A DNA stretch of 64,000 nucleotides from a virus: IMG/VR virus record IMGVR_UViG_3300037193_002967, positions 1-64,000 of that record, one strand, 5' to 3'. The stretch's first letter is position 1, and each line of letters begins with the position of its first letter. The notes under the pieces were generated by a model, which had not been told where the DNA came from, did not search any database, and was given only the letters and a program-made list of their open reading frames with translations. Below, one piece after another: positions 10,553-20,305 of the stretch. Both the position numbers and the translations under genes were made by a program.

Positions 10553-10858
10553 ATGAATAAGCCCAGAAAAGATAACGAGTTAATTAGCGTAATATTAATA
10601 ATTGGCATTTTTACAGCCGTCTTGTTGGCCGTTTATTTTACTTACAGCAATCTTGCTGCCATCCTTGAAGGCTCTTTTTGGTTAGCCGGAATTTGGCTGA
10701 TATTAAATGCAGCAATTATAGCGGGCTGGTATATTGTTATTAAATACTGGCAGGACCCTAATAAGAATCTTTTTAGAGTATTACTTGTAATTGTTCATAT
10801 CCTAACTATTGCACTTACGATGGGCCACCGGGCGGGTTGGCTAGAGCAAGTTAAATAA
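10553..10858 (+). CDS. Membrane protein
   Basis: Three hydrophobic segments. Confidence 0.55.
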   Translation: MNKPRKDNELISVILIIGIFTAVLLAVYFTYSNLAAILEGSFWLAGIWLILNAAIIAGWYIVIKYWQDPNKNLFRVLLVIVHILTIALTMGHRAGWLEQVK

Positions 10859-10862
10859 GTTT

Positions 10863-11318
10863 ATGAATTCGTTTGATATCATTTGTGTCACAATAATTTT
10901 TTGGGGAGCTTGTTTTGGACAAGCAGCCTACCATTCTTTCTTATTGAAGAAAGATATAACCGCCGATCGAAAATGGCATTTGGGTCACGGGTTTGTCTAT
11001 TTTATTTTTTGTGCTATTGTTAGCTATATATACTTTACAGAATTTGGTTGGATCGTTGGCTTGTTGATAATGATCCATGGTATTTTAACCAGGCTGGCGT
11101 TTTTCGACGTTCTTTTAAACGCAATACGAGGCAAATCCTTGTGGTATAATGGACCAATTGATAGAGAACCAGGAAGTCTTATAGACTGGTGGGAGAACGA
11201 TATTTTAAGGGTTGGAGAACCTGGTGGAATAAAAAGAGTCATCAAATTAAAAATTGCTTATTTGGTATTATGGATTCTTTATTTAACTTTTTTATTTATA
11301 AAATATGCAATTAACTGA
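10863..11318 (+). CDS. Membrane protein
   Basis: About 4 hydrophobic segments; overlaps the endolysin start. Confidence 0.55.
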   Translation: MNSFDIICVTIIFWGACFGQAAYHSFLLKKDITADRKWHLGHGFVYFIFCAIVSYIYFTEFGWIVGLLIMIHGILTRLAFFDVLLNAIRGKSLWYNGPIDREPGSLIDWWENDILRVGEPGGIKRVIKLKIAYLVLWILYLTFLFIKYAIN

Positions 11319-11676
11319 AAACTTCGATCTCGAAGAATTTGCTTGCAAAGACGGGACGCCAGTACCTACACACTTAATGGCGAATGTGAGATTATTGGCC
11401 TATAATCTACAAGTATTGCGTGATTATTTAGGGGAACCTGTTCATGTGAATAGCGGATATCGCACACCACCATATAACGCCAAAGTGGGTGGCAAAAAAA
11501 AGAGTCAGCATTTGTTGGCTAAAGCCGCAGATATTACAGTAAAATCAAAAACTCCAAAACAACTATACGCTATCATAGAAAAGCTTATTAGTCAGGGCAA
11601 AATGAAGCAGGGCGGACTAGGTTTATACCCTGGGTTTGTACATTACGACGTAAGACCAGTTAAGGCTCGTTGGTAG
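11305..11676 (+). CDS. Endolysin, peptidase M15A (Zn D-Ala-D-Ala carboxypeptidase-like)
   Basis: SGYR..YNAKVGG..KSQH....AADI and FVHYD Zn-binding motifs. Confidence 0.9.
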   Translation: MQLTENFDLEEFACKDGTPVPTHLMANVRLLAYNLQVLRDYLGEPVHVNSGYRTPPYNAKVGGKKKSQHLLAKAADITVKSKTPKQLYAIIEKLISQGKMKQGGLGLYPGFVHYDVRPVKARW

Positions 11677-11711
11677 TAAAGATATTTGCTTTTTCTTCAT
11701 TTTTAATAGGC

Positions 11712-11739
11712 GTCCATGTATTTCTATACATGGACTTTT
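11712..11739. terminator. Hairpin between convergent genes
   Basis: GTCCATGTAT-TTCT-ATACATGGAC-TTTT. Confidence 0.65.
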
Positions 11740-12235
11740 AATTATAAATAAAAACTCGGGCATATTTAAATTGCAATCTCTTTTTGATCCGGTGTACGCG
11801 AACCCGTAGATTATTTTCGTCAATATTTAATAGTGATTGTATCTTTTTAAAACTATATCCATTTAGATATAAGAAAAATATTTCTCGATCTTCATCTGGC
11901 AATTCTGCAATTACAGTATTATATCTAATGGCTTGCTCTAATTTTTCCGCCTCTTCCATACGGTACTCTAAATTATCAAGGAACTCTTCACTAAATGGGA
12001 TATAACGCTTTTGTACCTTCTGTCTTCGAACATGATCTATGCAGGTTCGTTTGCATACGGAAAAGAACCATTGGCTAAATAAGCCCCTACCATTGAACGT
12101 TGGGAAAGAGTGCCACGCCCTTAATAAAATTTCCTGAATGATATCCTCACGGCTCAATTTGTTGGCATAACGATAGCAAGCGTAATGCATGATCTCTTTA
12201 TTGGCCTCAATTCCCGCTATAAATTCAGCTTCCAT
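11738..12235 (-). CDS. ECF-type sigma-70 factor
   Basis: Region 2 'EDIIQEILLRAWHSFPTFNGRGLFSQWFFSVCKRTCID' and region 4 'LPDEDREIFFLYLNGYSFKKIQSLLNIDENNLRVRVHRIK'. Confidence 0.9.
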   Translation of the reverse strand: MEAEFIAGIEANKEIMHYACYRYANKLSREDIIQEILLRAWHSFPTFNGRGLFSQWFFSVCKRTCIDHVRRQKVQKRYIPFSEEFLDNLEYRMEEAEKLEQAIRYNTVIAELPDEDREIFFLYLNGYSFKKIQSLLNIDENNLRVRVHRIKKRLQFKYARVFIYN

Positions 12236-12244
12236 ATAATTTAA

Positions 12245-12529
12245 TTAAAAATCGCCAGAGGCCCCTCCTCCACCGGTATCACCACCATCAAAGCCGCCAA
12301 AATCAGAGCTACTTGAATCGTTCGATTCAGGGGAAGATAGAAAATCAATCGAAGAATTTATATACTCTTGTTGAAAAGTAGGTGGCTCAAGGTCAGACGT
12401 TGTATTCTTAGTAAAATTTGTTCTTTCATGTGGCGGCAAACCATAATAAATATGGTCAGAAATAGTTTGCCCGAAATAAAAGCGTATATTTTTTGTTTGG
12501 CTATAAAAAGGGATAATGCACCTATACAT
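12245..12529 (-). CDS. Hypothetical protein with Gly/Ser-rich C-terminal tail
   Basis: Ends in DFGGFDGGDTGGGGASGDF. Confidence 0.6.
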   Translation of the reverse strand: MYRCIIPFYSQTKNIRFYFGQTISDHIYYGLPPHERTNFTKNTTSDLEPPTFQQEYINSSIDFLSSPESNDSSSSDFGGFDGGDTGGGGASGDF

Positions 12530-12539
12530 GATAGTAATT

Positions 12540-12788
12540 TTATAATTCGTTATTGATTGCAGCCATGAAAAGTATAATGTTTTGTCTTAAAGGACCAAAA
12601 CCGTATAATTTCTGCTTATCAAATTCCCATATATAAGCATCGGATGCCCACCAACCAACAGACTTATGCATATTTTTCAATTCATCTAATTCCTGCTCTG
12701 ATGGCATGAATAAATCTAATAAATCATAACTTATTAAATTATGCGCGGCACACCGACATAGCCCGCTTTCAGGCATCTTACCCGTCAA
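12540..12788 (-). CDS. Hypothetical protein (start uncertain)
   Basis: ORF in the leftward operon. Confidence 0.45.
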   Translation of the reverse strand: MTGKMPESGLCRCAAHNLISYDLLDLFMPSEQELDELKNMHKSVGWWASDAYIWEFDKQKLYGFGPLRQNIILFMAAINNEL

Positions 12789-13280
12789 TAAACATGATTC
12801 ATAAAAATCTAAATGCCTACCATTTTATCGAATTGTTTCATTAATATAATATGCGTAAGCACCGCCTAGTACTGCCAAGATAACTCCTATAACAATAATT
12901 GTATTAATAATAGTGTTTAAATTTTTTTGTACAAAATGTTTCATGATAAACAGTATTTTATTTTAAAGTGATAAAGTTGAAAAAAGCCATAAGAAAAACC
13001 AGATCAATAGTACTACAAATGCAAGAAGTACTATAATCACAAATATATTCAGCAGGTTTCTCATATAAAAAATATGCGTTTATACCATGCGCATCCCGGT
13101 ATTAAGAGAGCCCCTATAGTGAACCGTTCAGGTGTTAAATGGAAAAGTCAAATAGTCAAGCATAAATACGAATGCAAGAAATAAAATTGCTACAGCGGCG
13201 TGTAAGTACTTTTCGTGTTTCATTGTTTAATTGCTTTTGTGATACAAATATACATCTGTTTAATAATTAAACAAGAATTT

Positions 13281-13490
13281 TTATAGCTTTTTTTTCCGCT
13301 CTTTCAATTCCTTGATCGAAGTCAAGTTTTTAACCAAGGTCATGCGTAATTCTGGTACATACCAAGAGTCAATTTGGCCTCGATTGATCCAGTTCCTTAC
13401 CGCTCCTGGCGTTACTTCCAGTTTATTAGCTAAATGCATCTGGCTAACCCACTCAGTAATATCAACTTGTTGTTTCAATTTTTTTGACAT
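13281..13490 (-). CDS. Small HTH DNA-binding protein (excisionase/Cro-like)
   Basis: 'SQMHLANKLEVTPGAVRNWINRGQI'. Confidence 0.7.
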   Translation of the reverse strand: MSKKLKQQVDITEWVSQMHLANKLEVTPGAVRNWINRGQIDSWYVPELRMTLVKNLTSIKELKERKKKL

Positions 13491-13746
13491 AAGGGTTATC
13501 TTCAAAAGGCATTTTATAGCGAAGAGCCATATATTCAAAATAGAAAGAACAAAAAAGCATTGCTTCTTCTGTACTTTTGCATAAAGCGGCTATTAAAGCG
13601 AATACATCTATTTTTGGGATAGAGGGAATTGACCTTTGGATAACTTCCAGGTCACCAGCAAAAGACTTTAAAGCGGCCACTCTATCTGGTGGGATGCCTA
13701 ATTGGGCTGCAACATCTTTCCCTTCTTTAATTATCGTTATTTTCAT
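13462..13746 (-). CDS. Hypothetical protein, paralog family A
   Basis: Shares 'LGI..DR' and 'CKS.EE' motifs with the ORFs at 16118, 16407 and 17844. Confidence 0.55.
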   Translation of the reverse strand: MKITIIKEGKDVAAQLGIPPDRVAALKSFAGDLEVIQRSIPSIPKIDVFALIAALCKSTEEAMLFCSFYFEYMALRYKMPFEDNPYVKKIETTS

Positions 13747-14554
13747 TATTTGGTTGATTTAAGACTTTTGCCTGTCTGGTATAGCCTTCTTTTTCAAAGG
13801 CGTCGATCCAGATCAATTTTCGTAATGAATTATTTGGACCATATGGCTGAAATCTAAAGTGTCCCCGAACACCAAAACCCTCGCTTTTAACTAACGTGGT
13901 AAACCATGTGCTATCCAAGATTTCGATATTGCGTTTAGTTTCATTGACATATTTAATACCGATGTGGTGATCTTTTCTGTTGGCCTTAATTAACTTTGTA
14001 TCCAACTCACAATATTTCATGAAAAGGATCATTGTAAATATATCTCCAAATATACTTATTGGCTCTAATCCGGCATCGATAGCCTTTTTACTAGCATAAA
14101 AGCGGGCCCCACTAGCGGGCATTCCGGGCCGTCGCTGTGCGACTAATCCCAATGCCGTTTTATCCTTTTTTGTGTGATTATTGAAAAATAAAATGGTCGC
14201 ATCCATTTCAAATTCATTCTTCTGGCCCCACGTTTCTATACTATAGAAAATCGTATTTGTCTCATGTATATCTGGCTTAAAAATAAAAGTACCAGATTCG
14301 TTTATTGGTTCTGCATCTAAAACTGCACCAAGCTTATGACAACTTTTATCGTAGGCTTCATAAAATGGATGACTGATGTATTGTATTTTTTTACTGAAAC
14401 GAGGCTGAAGGTTAGGCCATTTTGTTATAATAGAATGGGCCAGCATCATTTTTTGATCAGCCGTAGTCTCTCCACCATCATCAATTATCCTAAATGATAA
14501 GTGGTCAATATGATCTAATAAATGTAAAGCGGTATTTTTATAATTGATCTTCAC
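13727..14554 (-). CDS. Conserved phage hypothetical protein
   Basis: C-terminal 'VRGHFRFQPYGP...KLIWI' motif seen in many phage proteins. Confidence 0.6.
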   Translation of the reverse strand: MKINYKNTALHLLDHIDHLSFRIIDDGGETTADQKMMLAHSIITKWPNLQPRFSKKIQYISHPFYEAYDKSCHKLGAVLDAEPINESGTFIFKPDIHETNTIFYSIETWGQKNEFEMDATILFFNNHTKKDKTALGLVAQRRPGMPASGARFYASKKAIDAGLEPISIFGDIFTMILFMKYCELDTKLIKANRKDHHIGIKYVNETKRNIEILDSTWFTTLVKSEGFGVRGHFRFQPYGPNNSLRKLIWIDAFEKEGYTRQAKVLNQPNNENNDN

Positions 14555-14808
14555 ACTTTCGGCTTAAAATATTTTGATTTATCATATGGAGCATTTTTGA
14601 AATCATTCTCCAAGGTAGCAGCATTTATTTTATCCAGCGCGCTTTGAGTACATTGAATAAAAAGTTCACTTTCTTTTATGCCTTCTTCCGTTAACCTGTC
14701 GGCAGCAATAGCTAAAGCATGGCCTTCTTTACAAAGCTCTAATTGGCCTTGTAGTGCTACCTTGATTGCTGATACTTCTAAGCCTGTTAATGGTTCACTT
14801 TGTTTCAT
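14551..14808 (-). CDS. Hypothetical protein
   Basis: Translationally coupled ORF. Confidence 0.55.
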   Translation of the reverse strand: MKQSEPLTGLEVSAIKVALQGQLELCKEGHALAIAADRLTEEGIKESELFIQCTQSALDKINAATLENDFKNAPYDKSKYFKPKV

Positions 14809-14999
14809 TTTTTTCTATTTAACTTATAAACATTAAAATATGCGGCCTTGGCTTCATCTTCATTTCCTCCATCGGCAAAGACTTTGAAATATGCATCCAA
14901 AGCCTTGTCTTCAAGGGCTTGATTGCCACCACGATCAGTTTTCTTAAATTTATCCCAATCCGATAATTGATCGGGATGTTCTTTTTCGTCTACTCTCAT
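14805..14999 (-). CDS. Hypothetical protein
   Basis: ATG at 14999; coupled to its neighbours. Confidence 0.45.
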   Translation of the reverse strand: MRVDEKEHPDQLSDWDKFKKTDRGGNQALEDKALDAYFKVFADGGNEDEAKAAYFNVYKLNRKK

Positions 15000-15354
15000 C
15001 TGTATTATTCTTTTTATGTATTTGTTTGGTAGCGGATATCGTCTTGTAGTATTGAGAATTAAGCAGATATTTTTCCCAGAACGGGTAAAATTTTGCATCC
15101 TTATTTAAGATTAAATTTTCTGCAACGTCTCGCGCCACTAAAACTGTAGAATGATCCCGGTTTCCTATAGACTTCCCGATCTCTTTCAATGAATAATTGG
15201 TGAAATAAAAAGCGATATAGGAAAAAATAAAACGGGCAGTTTTAAATTTAAACTTGCGGCTGCTGCTGATAACATTTTCAATAGATAGTTCCAAGGAATT
15301 ACAAACATCATCCAATAATTGAGGAAGAGTAGGAGCTAAGGTGTTCGGTATCAT
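14950..15354 (-). CDS. DnaA C-terminal-like HTH domain protein
   Basis: 'YSLKEIGKSIGNRDHSTVL' DnaA domain IV signature. Confidence 0.85.
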   Translation of the reverse strand: MIPNTLAPTLPQLLDDVCNSLELSIENVISSSRKFKFKTARFIFSYIAFYFTNYSLKEIGKSIGNRDHSTVLVARDVAENLILNKDAKFYPFWEKYLLNSQYYKTISATKQIHKKNNTDESRRKRTSRSIIGLG

Positions 15355-15543
15355 AATTTATATTTTTGAGAGTGTAAGAATTCTCAAGGGGATATCCTGA
15401 AAATTAAGATTCTTTGCGGCACTCAAGTCTGCATTAAACATGAATTCGTTGTACTCGCTAAATGAAAATGTGCAATTATCAATAACCAAATTACAATCAG
15501 AATCCGCAATGATATTTCGTTTTTACTTTTATGATATTCGTAG

Positions 15544-16134
15544 TTAATCCTCGCATACGCTGCCAAATTTTAAAATTTTTTCAGCCCAGAATTCATTATG
15601 ATCACTCACGGGGATAGAATAAATATGGGCTTTTTTAAGCGGCTTAGAGTAGGCTAAAATATATGCCTCTGTATGTTGCCCAAGCTTTGCATATCCAAAA
15701 AGTTGATCATCATATTTCATGAACTTGATAAGTTCTGGAATGTTCTTTGAGTCCGTGATCTTTAGATCAACTACAATTCGTTTTGGTATCTCCATATCTA
15801 AGCGACCTTTAGCAGGAAGACAAAAGCCATGGTAATGAAATATGCCGCTATAGCTTATCTGAGAATGCATATAAGGTAATATTCCTGAAAAATTAGCCCT
15901 TAAATAAGCTGCAATAGCTTTGGCGGCTGGATATAAGCGATGTGTCATATCAACCCGCTCATTAGATATAATCCCATCTACCAGACTTCCCAGGATAATT
16001 TTATCAGTTACTTCGACATTTTTAGATAACCCAAATGCTTCACTTTTCAAAAAACTAAAACTATATTGAGAAAAGCTCCTGTATTCATTAAAGTCAAGCG
16101 AAGTGAACCGCTGTTGATCAGTACAGGTTATCAT
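15544..16134 (-). CDS. PD-(D/E)XK exonuclease (RecE-like)
   Basis: 'KGRLD.....IVVDLKIT' and 'YDDQLFGY'; near the RecT-like gene. Confidence 0.75.
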   Translation of the reverse strand: MITCTDQQRFTSLDFNEYRSFSQYSFSFLKSEAFGLSKNVEVTDKIILGSLVDGIISNERVDMTHRLYPAAKAIAAYLRANFSGILPYMHSQISYSGIFHYHGFCLPAKGRLDMEIPKRIVVDLKITDSKNIPELIKFMKYDDQLFGYAKLGQHTEAYILAYSKPLKKAHIYSIPVSDHNEFWAEKILKFGSVCED

Positions 16135-16396
16135 CTTCTTTTAAACGGTTCTCCACCTCGTAAAATATGAGACTGGTGGCCATTATTAAATAAGCTTCTT
16201 CTAGTGAATTTTCGGCAAAATCCAATACTTCTATGATAAGATCACCTTTATTAAAGACGCCCCCCAAGGGTGGATTATTAAGAGTGGTGTCAATTTTTTT
16301 TTCAACCAGATCAAGCAATTCCTGTTCGCGTTCCTCAGAAATTCCAAACGCATCTGATAACGAAGAAGAATCTTTTTTAAGTAAGTTTCGTATCAT
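16118..16396 (-). CDS. Hypothetical protein, paralog family A
   Basis: 'LSDAFGISEEREQEL...EEAYLI'. Confidence 0.6.
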   Translation of the reverse strand: MIRNLLKKDSSSLSDAFGISEEREQELLDLVEKKIDTTLNNPPLGGVFNKGDLIIEVLDFAENSLEEAYLIMATSLIFYEVENRLKEDDNLY

Positions 16397-16406
16397 ATAG
16401 TACTAT

Positions 16407-16736
16407 TTATGGCAGATTAATGGCAACACCTTGATTTGCTAAGTTTATTAATTTTGATTCTAACTCGAAAATCCGTTTTCCTAAATGAAACAAGACATAT
16501 GCTTCTTCCTGTATCGACTTGCAAATAGAAAGAACCATAGTAATGCATTTAGTTTGAGAAAAATTAAAATCGGTGATACCATTATTAAGTGTAGTAAAAC
16601 AAGATTCAATATAATCTCCCGCTGTCGATATAGCATTAGTGAGCAATTCCTGCCCTCTTTCAGAGGTTAAACCAAAAAATGAAGGAAGATTTGGGGCGCT
16701 TAAAACAAACAATGATTGTAAAGAAATATTTTCCAT
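16407..16736 (-). CDS. Hypothetical protein, paralog family A
   Basis: 'LPSFFGLTSERGQEL...CKSIQEEAYVL'. Confidence 0.6.
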   Translation of the reverse strand: MENISLQSLFVLSAPNLPSFFGLTSERGQELLTNAISTAGDYIESCFTTLNNGITDFNFSQTKCITMVLSICKSIQEEAYVLFHLGKRIFELESKLINLANQGVAINLP

Positions 16737-16739
16737 TTT

Positions 16740-17831
16740 TTATAATTTGCTTTTAGTAGTCCAAATTAAGCCGCTAAAGTTAAAATTGTTGTCTTCATTT
16801 TTTATCTTCTCAAGAGCATCTGACATTTGTTGTATACCAAATCCAGTTAGCCATTTAGTAACACGCAATTTAGTTCGGCATTTTGCTGAATTAGCAAGGT
16901 AAGCCATAACTATTATGTTAGCAGCTTCAAATGTTTCTGGCATATTCAAAACAAATACCTCATTCAACTCTTTGCTATCAGTGGTCACCAAGACAGAAGT
17001 GGCCATTGACTGAATATTAGCTGCAACTACATCTTCGGTTTTGGCTTGCTCAATTGCAGAATGATTCTGCGCAGTTTCCTGGGTATTGAGATAGAGAGCC
17101 TGATCCTTATTGTCCCAAGCCTGGGTGTAATCAGCATATTTTACATTCAGATCATGTACGAAACCGGAAACATAATATTGAGCCGGTTGAGGTTGAAATG
17201 CTTTATCAATTTCTGCATTTACTTCCTCCTGAGTGGCGTTTATTGCCCCAAAAGAAGGCTTTTGCATGGTACGGTTGCCAATAGTAATGCGGGCACGGAT
17301 TTTGGCTAAATAAGGCTCCAATTGCTCTGGGGGGACCTTTTCTAAGGCGTAAATGTAACTCTTGCTGATAAGATCAGCATGCTCTTTTAAATAAGCAGCA
17401 TTTTGATTTGCGATGTAAAGCCGAACGTTTTCAGCTATTTTTTTCAATTCATCTAATTTGATCTGGGCAGCATCATCTTCGTCTTTCTTTTTCTTTTTAA
17501 GCTTAATTAACCCGTCTATATATTCGGCAATTTTATCATTTACAGACTTTTCGGGCTGCATTAGTCGTGCCTTAACATCATCCAGCTTGTTCGTAGTTTC
17601 AAGCCTTTTTTTATAGAGGGCATCTTTGTCTCGTTTCGCCTGAGCTAATATTTCTTCTGCCTGTGGAATCCTTGCGGTTTCGGTGGGTAACAAAAGGCGA
17701 TTAATTATGCCCTGACCTTGAACTTGCAAAGACAAATGAAGGTTATGAATCTCTACACCTAAATTTCCCCAAGCGATTCGTTTCTTATTTATTACTTCAA
17801 TTTGGTCTGTAATTGGTTGTATATCGGACAT
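16740..17831 (-). CDS. Coiled-coil protein in the recombination module
   Basis: 363 aa, helical; lies between the RecT-like gene and the exonuclease. Confidence 0.6.
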   Translation of the reverse strand: MSDIQPITDQIEVINKKRIAWGNLGVEIHNLHLSLQVQGQGIINRLLLPTETARIPQAEEILAQAKRDKDALYKKRLETTNKLDDVKARLMQPEKSVNDKIAEYIDGLIKLKKKKKDEDDAAQIKLDELKKIAENVRLYIANQNAAYLKEHADLISKSYIYALEKVPPEQLEPYLAKIRARITIGNRTMQKPSFGAINATQEEVNAEIDKAFQPQPAQYYVSGFVHDLNVKYADYTQAWDNKDQALYLNTQETAQNHSAIEQAKTEDVVAANIQSMATSVLVTTDSKELNEVFVLNMPETFEAANIIVMAYLANSAKCRTKLRVTKWLTGFGIQQMSDALEKIKNEDNNFNFSGLIWTTKSKL

Positions 17832-17843
17832 AGAAAGTTTTAA

Positions 17844-18107
17844 TTAAAATGGATTAACTGCGCGGCCTGTACGATAAAGCCATTGTATGTGGTTTGAAAA
17901 AGCATAAATAAATTCGTTATCGTTATTGGTAAACGATTGAATTTTTTCCAATAAATCTGCCATATGAACCAAGCGAATGCCAGAGGGTGGGCTGAAGTCG
18001 CGCACCATACTGTCTAAATTATTGGCAATCTCGGCTTGTCTCTCACTCGAAATACCAAATGCATCTCCAAGATTGCCAGCTGTTCGGTCATTGAAAATTA
18101 AATTCAT
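17844..18107 (-). CDS. Hypothetical protein, paralog family A
   Basis: 'LGDAFGISSERQAEI'. Confidence 0.6.
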   Translation of the reverse strand: MNLIFNDRTAGNLGDAFGISSERQAEIANNLDSMVRDFSPPSGIRLVHMADLLEKIQSFTNNDNEFIYAFSNHIQWLYRTGRAVNPF

Positions 18108-18931
18108 AATTCATCTGACGTTGGAGAATTTGAAGAAGTGCTTGGGGATACAGTGCTATTTATTTCTACATGCGAAATAAAATCTTCATCGGGTACGAAC
18201 TGCGCTTCCTCGTCGAAGGTAGGATCAACAACTTGAGTTTTGGGTACATCATAAACACGGGCCGCAGTTTCATTAGGGTTACGCCCAAGCTTCTTTAAGC
18301 TATGGCGTATACATTTTGCCCGTGCAAATTCCGGATCAATACCACCATTAAAACTGGTATAATTTGCGTTGGCAAAATTAAGCGACGTATTATCTACGTT
18401 CTGCTGATTGCGGGAATTGTCTTTATGGGAAGCTTTGCGCCATCTCATAAAATCGCCTTCGTCAAAAGAATAATCTTCCCACCGGGGACTTCCATATGAG
18501 GGCAAAAGTAACCGCATGCTCACCTTTATTACTTTCCCACTCGAATCTTTTTCAACCTGCGGATTAGTATAGTCTAAAATCCGTCCTTCCTGCCTCATAA
18601 TACTAATTAGTCCATTACAGGTGGGAGTGATTTCTAAAACCGACTTCCAATTTGGAGCTTGCTTGGTGCCGGTATTAACTGACCTGGTTTTCACATATAC
18701 TAGACCGGCATATGGATCAAGACTAAGATTTGATTTTATCACACTTCGCATCGCTAAAACGATGCTTTGAGGTTCGCACTTTAAAATATCTGGTTTCGAA
18801 AAAGCTAACGCTTCAAGGTACATTATTTCCTGAGAAACTATAGCAGACAGATCAGCACCAGGGCGAGCATTTATTTTCAATAAATGCTCAAGAGTTGATT
18901 GTTCTTTGCGGACTATTTCAAGTTGTTGCAT
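18104..18931 (-). CDS. recT: RecT-family single-strand annealing protein
   Basis: 'ILKCEPQSIVLAMRSVIKSNLSLDP..GLVYV' and 'ARAKCIRHSLKKL' match RecT motifs. Confidence 0.75.
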   Translation of the reverse strand: MQQLEIVRKEQSTLEHLLKINARPGADLSAIVSQEIMYLEALAFSKPDILKCEPQSIVLAMRSVIKSNLSLDPYAGLVYVKTRSVNTGTKQAPNWKSVLEITPTCNGLISIMRQEGRILDYTNPQVEKDSSGKVIKVSMRLLLPSYGSPRWEDYSFDEGDFMRWRKASHKDNSRNQQNVDNTSLNFANANYTSFNGGIDPEFARAKCIRHSLKKLGRNPNETAARVYDVPKTQVVDPTFDEEAQFVPDEDFISHVEINSTVSPSTSSNSPTSDEL

Positions 18932-18944
18932 TGGATTTGTTTAA

Positions 18945-19187
18945 TTATTTTACAGCCGCTAATTTAGAAGGTTTACGAACATCAACCAAATTTTTTTTGA
19001 TTTCATTCAAATTAACCAATAAAATATAATTATTGCCAATTAAATCAAAAGCATAAACACCTGGCAAAGTTCCATTTCTATAATAGCGCTGAAATACTGC
19101 CTGTTTTGTGCATCCCATTCGTTTGGCATACTCCCTCACAGTCATCGATTGAAGATCGTTAACTTTTGACTTTATTTTCTTCGTCAT
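18945..19187 (-). CDS. Small HTH protein (Cro-like) at the divergence point
   Basis: 'MTVREYAKRMGCTKQAVFQR'. Confidence 0.7.
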   Translation of the reverse strand: MTKKIKSKVNDLQSMTVREYAKRMGCTKQAVFQRYYRNGTLPGVYAFDLIGNNYILLVNLNEIKKNLVDVRKPSKLAAVK

Positions 19188-19240
19188 TAAAAATATTTTT
19201 GGTAAATTTAGTTGATGGTTGTAAACTTGCCAAATAATTT

Positions 19241-19561
19241 ATGCGCGTCACCCAAAAATATCTTCTTAATTGGCTTAAAGCTAAGTTCGAACAACTAGAA
19301 ATCGAATATGTGCCATATGATATCCAAAAGACAAGATTTCATCCAAGTCAATACGAAGCAGGGGCGGCTAATTTCTTAATTAGGGCCAGACATAAAACGT
19401 GTAAATCCGATTACTTTGCTGATGCGATAATCTTAGTCCCATTTCCCTTGTGGGATTACCAAGGGGCATTAAATAACGGTTATGAATTATTTTGGGAGCC
19501 AAGGACAGAAAGATGTGGTTACTTTATTAATGATTCAAATTTAATTTATAGAAAAAAATGA
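19241..19561 (+). CDS. Hypothetical protein
   Basis: First ORF of the rightward arm. Confidence 0.55.
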   Translation: MRVTQKYLLNWLKAKFEQLEIEYVPYDIQKTRFHPSQYEAGAANFLIRARHKTCKSDYFADAIILVPFPLWDYQGALNNGYELFWEPRTERCGYFINDSNLIYRKK

Positions 19562-19821
19562 CAACGATAATTCTTCTTTTAATTTTAAGTCTCATACAAC
19601 TATATAGCCTATATATAAATAGGCGCATTGAGAAAGTTTTCAGTTTTAGAAGCTATATTCTTAAATTGGTTAAAGATGCGTCAATTAAAAGCGGGAGAAA
19701 CCGGTTTGTAGATTTATACGTAAAACTGCCCCACCCTAAAGAGATGATCTACTCGTTTAAACCTTTGAAACTAGAATCTTTTTATACCGAAAAAGAAATA
19801 AATGAATTATTGGGATTATGA
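19558..19821 (+). CDS. Hypothetical membrane-anchored protein
   Basis: N-terminal hydrophobic segment; coupled ORF. Confidence 0.5.
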   Translation: MTTIILLLILSLIQLYSLYINRRIEKVFSFRSYILKLVKDASIKSGRNRFVDLYVKLPHPKEMIYSFKPLKLESFYTEKEINELLGL

Positions 19822-20300
19822 TCTCACAGGTAGACCCATATTTCAAGTTAGAAAAATTACGAGTTTATATAAATAATTGGATAGATAAATATCCAAAATG
19901 GTGTAACTCTTATAATTTCGAACAGTTTTTTTATAGAAAATATCCGGAATCCATACCTGGGACACCAGAATTTTATAAGGTAATAGCGACCCATTGTTAT
20001 TACTGTAACAGATCATTTGAGCGCGATACAAAAAATTTTTGTGCAACGATCGACCACTTTGAGCCAAAATCACTGGGACAAACAACAAAATATGTAATTG
20101 CCTGTATTGATTGCAATACGCGAAAAGGCAACATGTCACCAGAAATATTATTATCAAGGTTCGGTTATGCGCATTTGAGAGGTTTGCCTTTGTGGGGATA
20201 TCAGGGTAAAAAATTGAAATTCATTTATACCCAAATACAAAAGATAAACAACGATCGATTATATAACATGGGGCCATCGGTTTATTATATTAAGCGTTGA
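19818..20300 (+). CDS. HNH endonuclease
   Basis: CYYC...TIDHFEPKSLG.....VIACIDCNTRKG. Confidence 0.85.
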   Translation: MISQVDPYFKLEKLRVYINNWIDKYPKWCNSYNFEQFFYRKYPESIPGTPEFYKVIATHCYYCNRSFERDTKNFCATIDHFEPKSLGQTTKYVIACIDCNTRKGNMSPEILLSRFGYAHLRGLPLWGYQGKKLKFIYTQIQKINNDRLYNMGPSVYYIKR

Positions 20301-20305
20301 ACAAT

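Noticed and set aside
12788-12830. Possible frameshift or readthrough at the 5' end of ORF 12540-12788
   Set aside because: The frame extends upstream to a TAA while the nearest ATG is out of frame; this cannot be told apart from a sequencing error or use of the TTG start.
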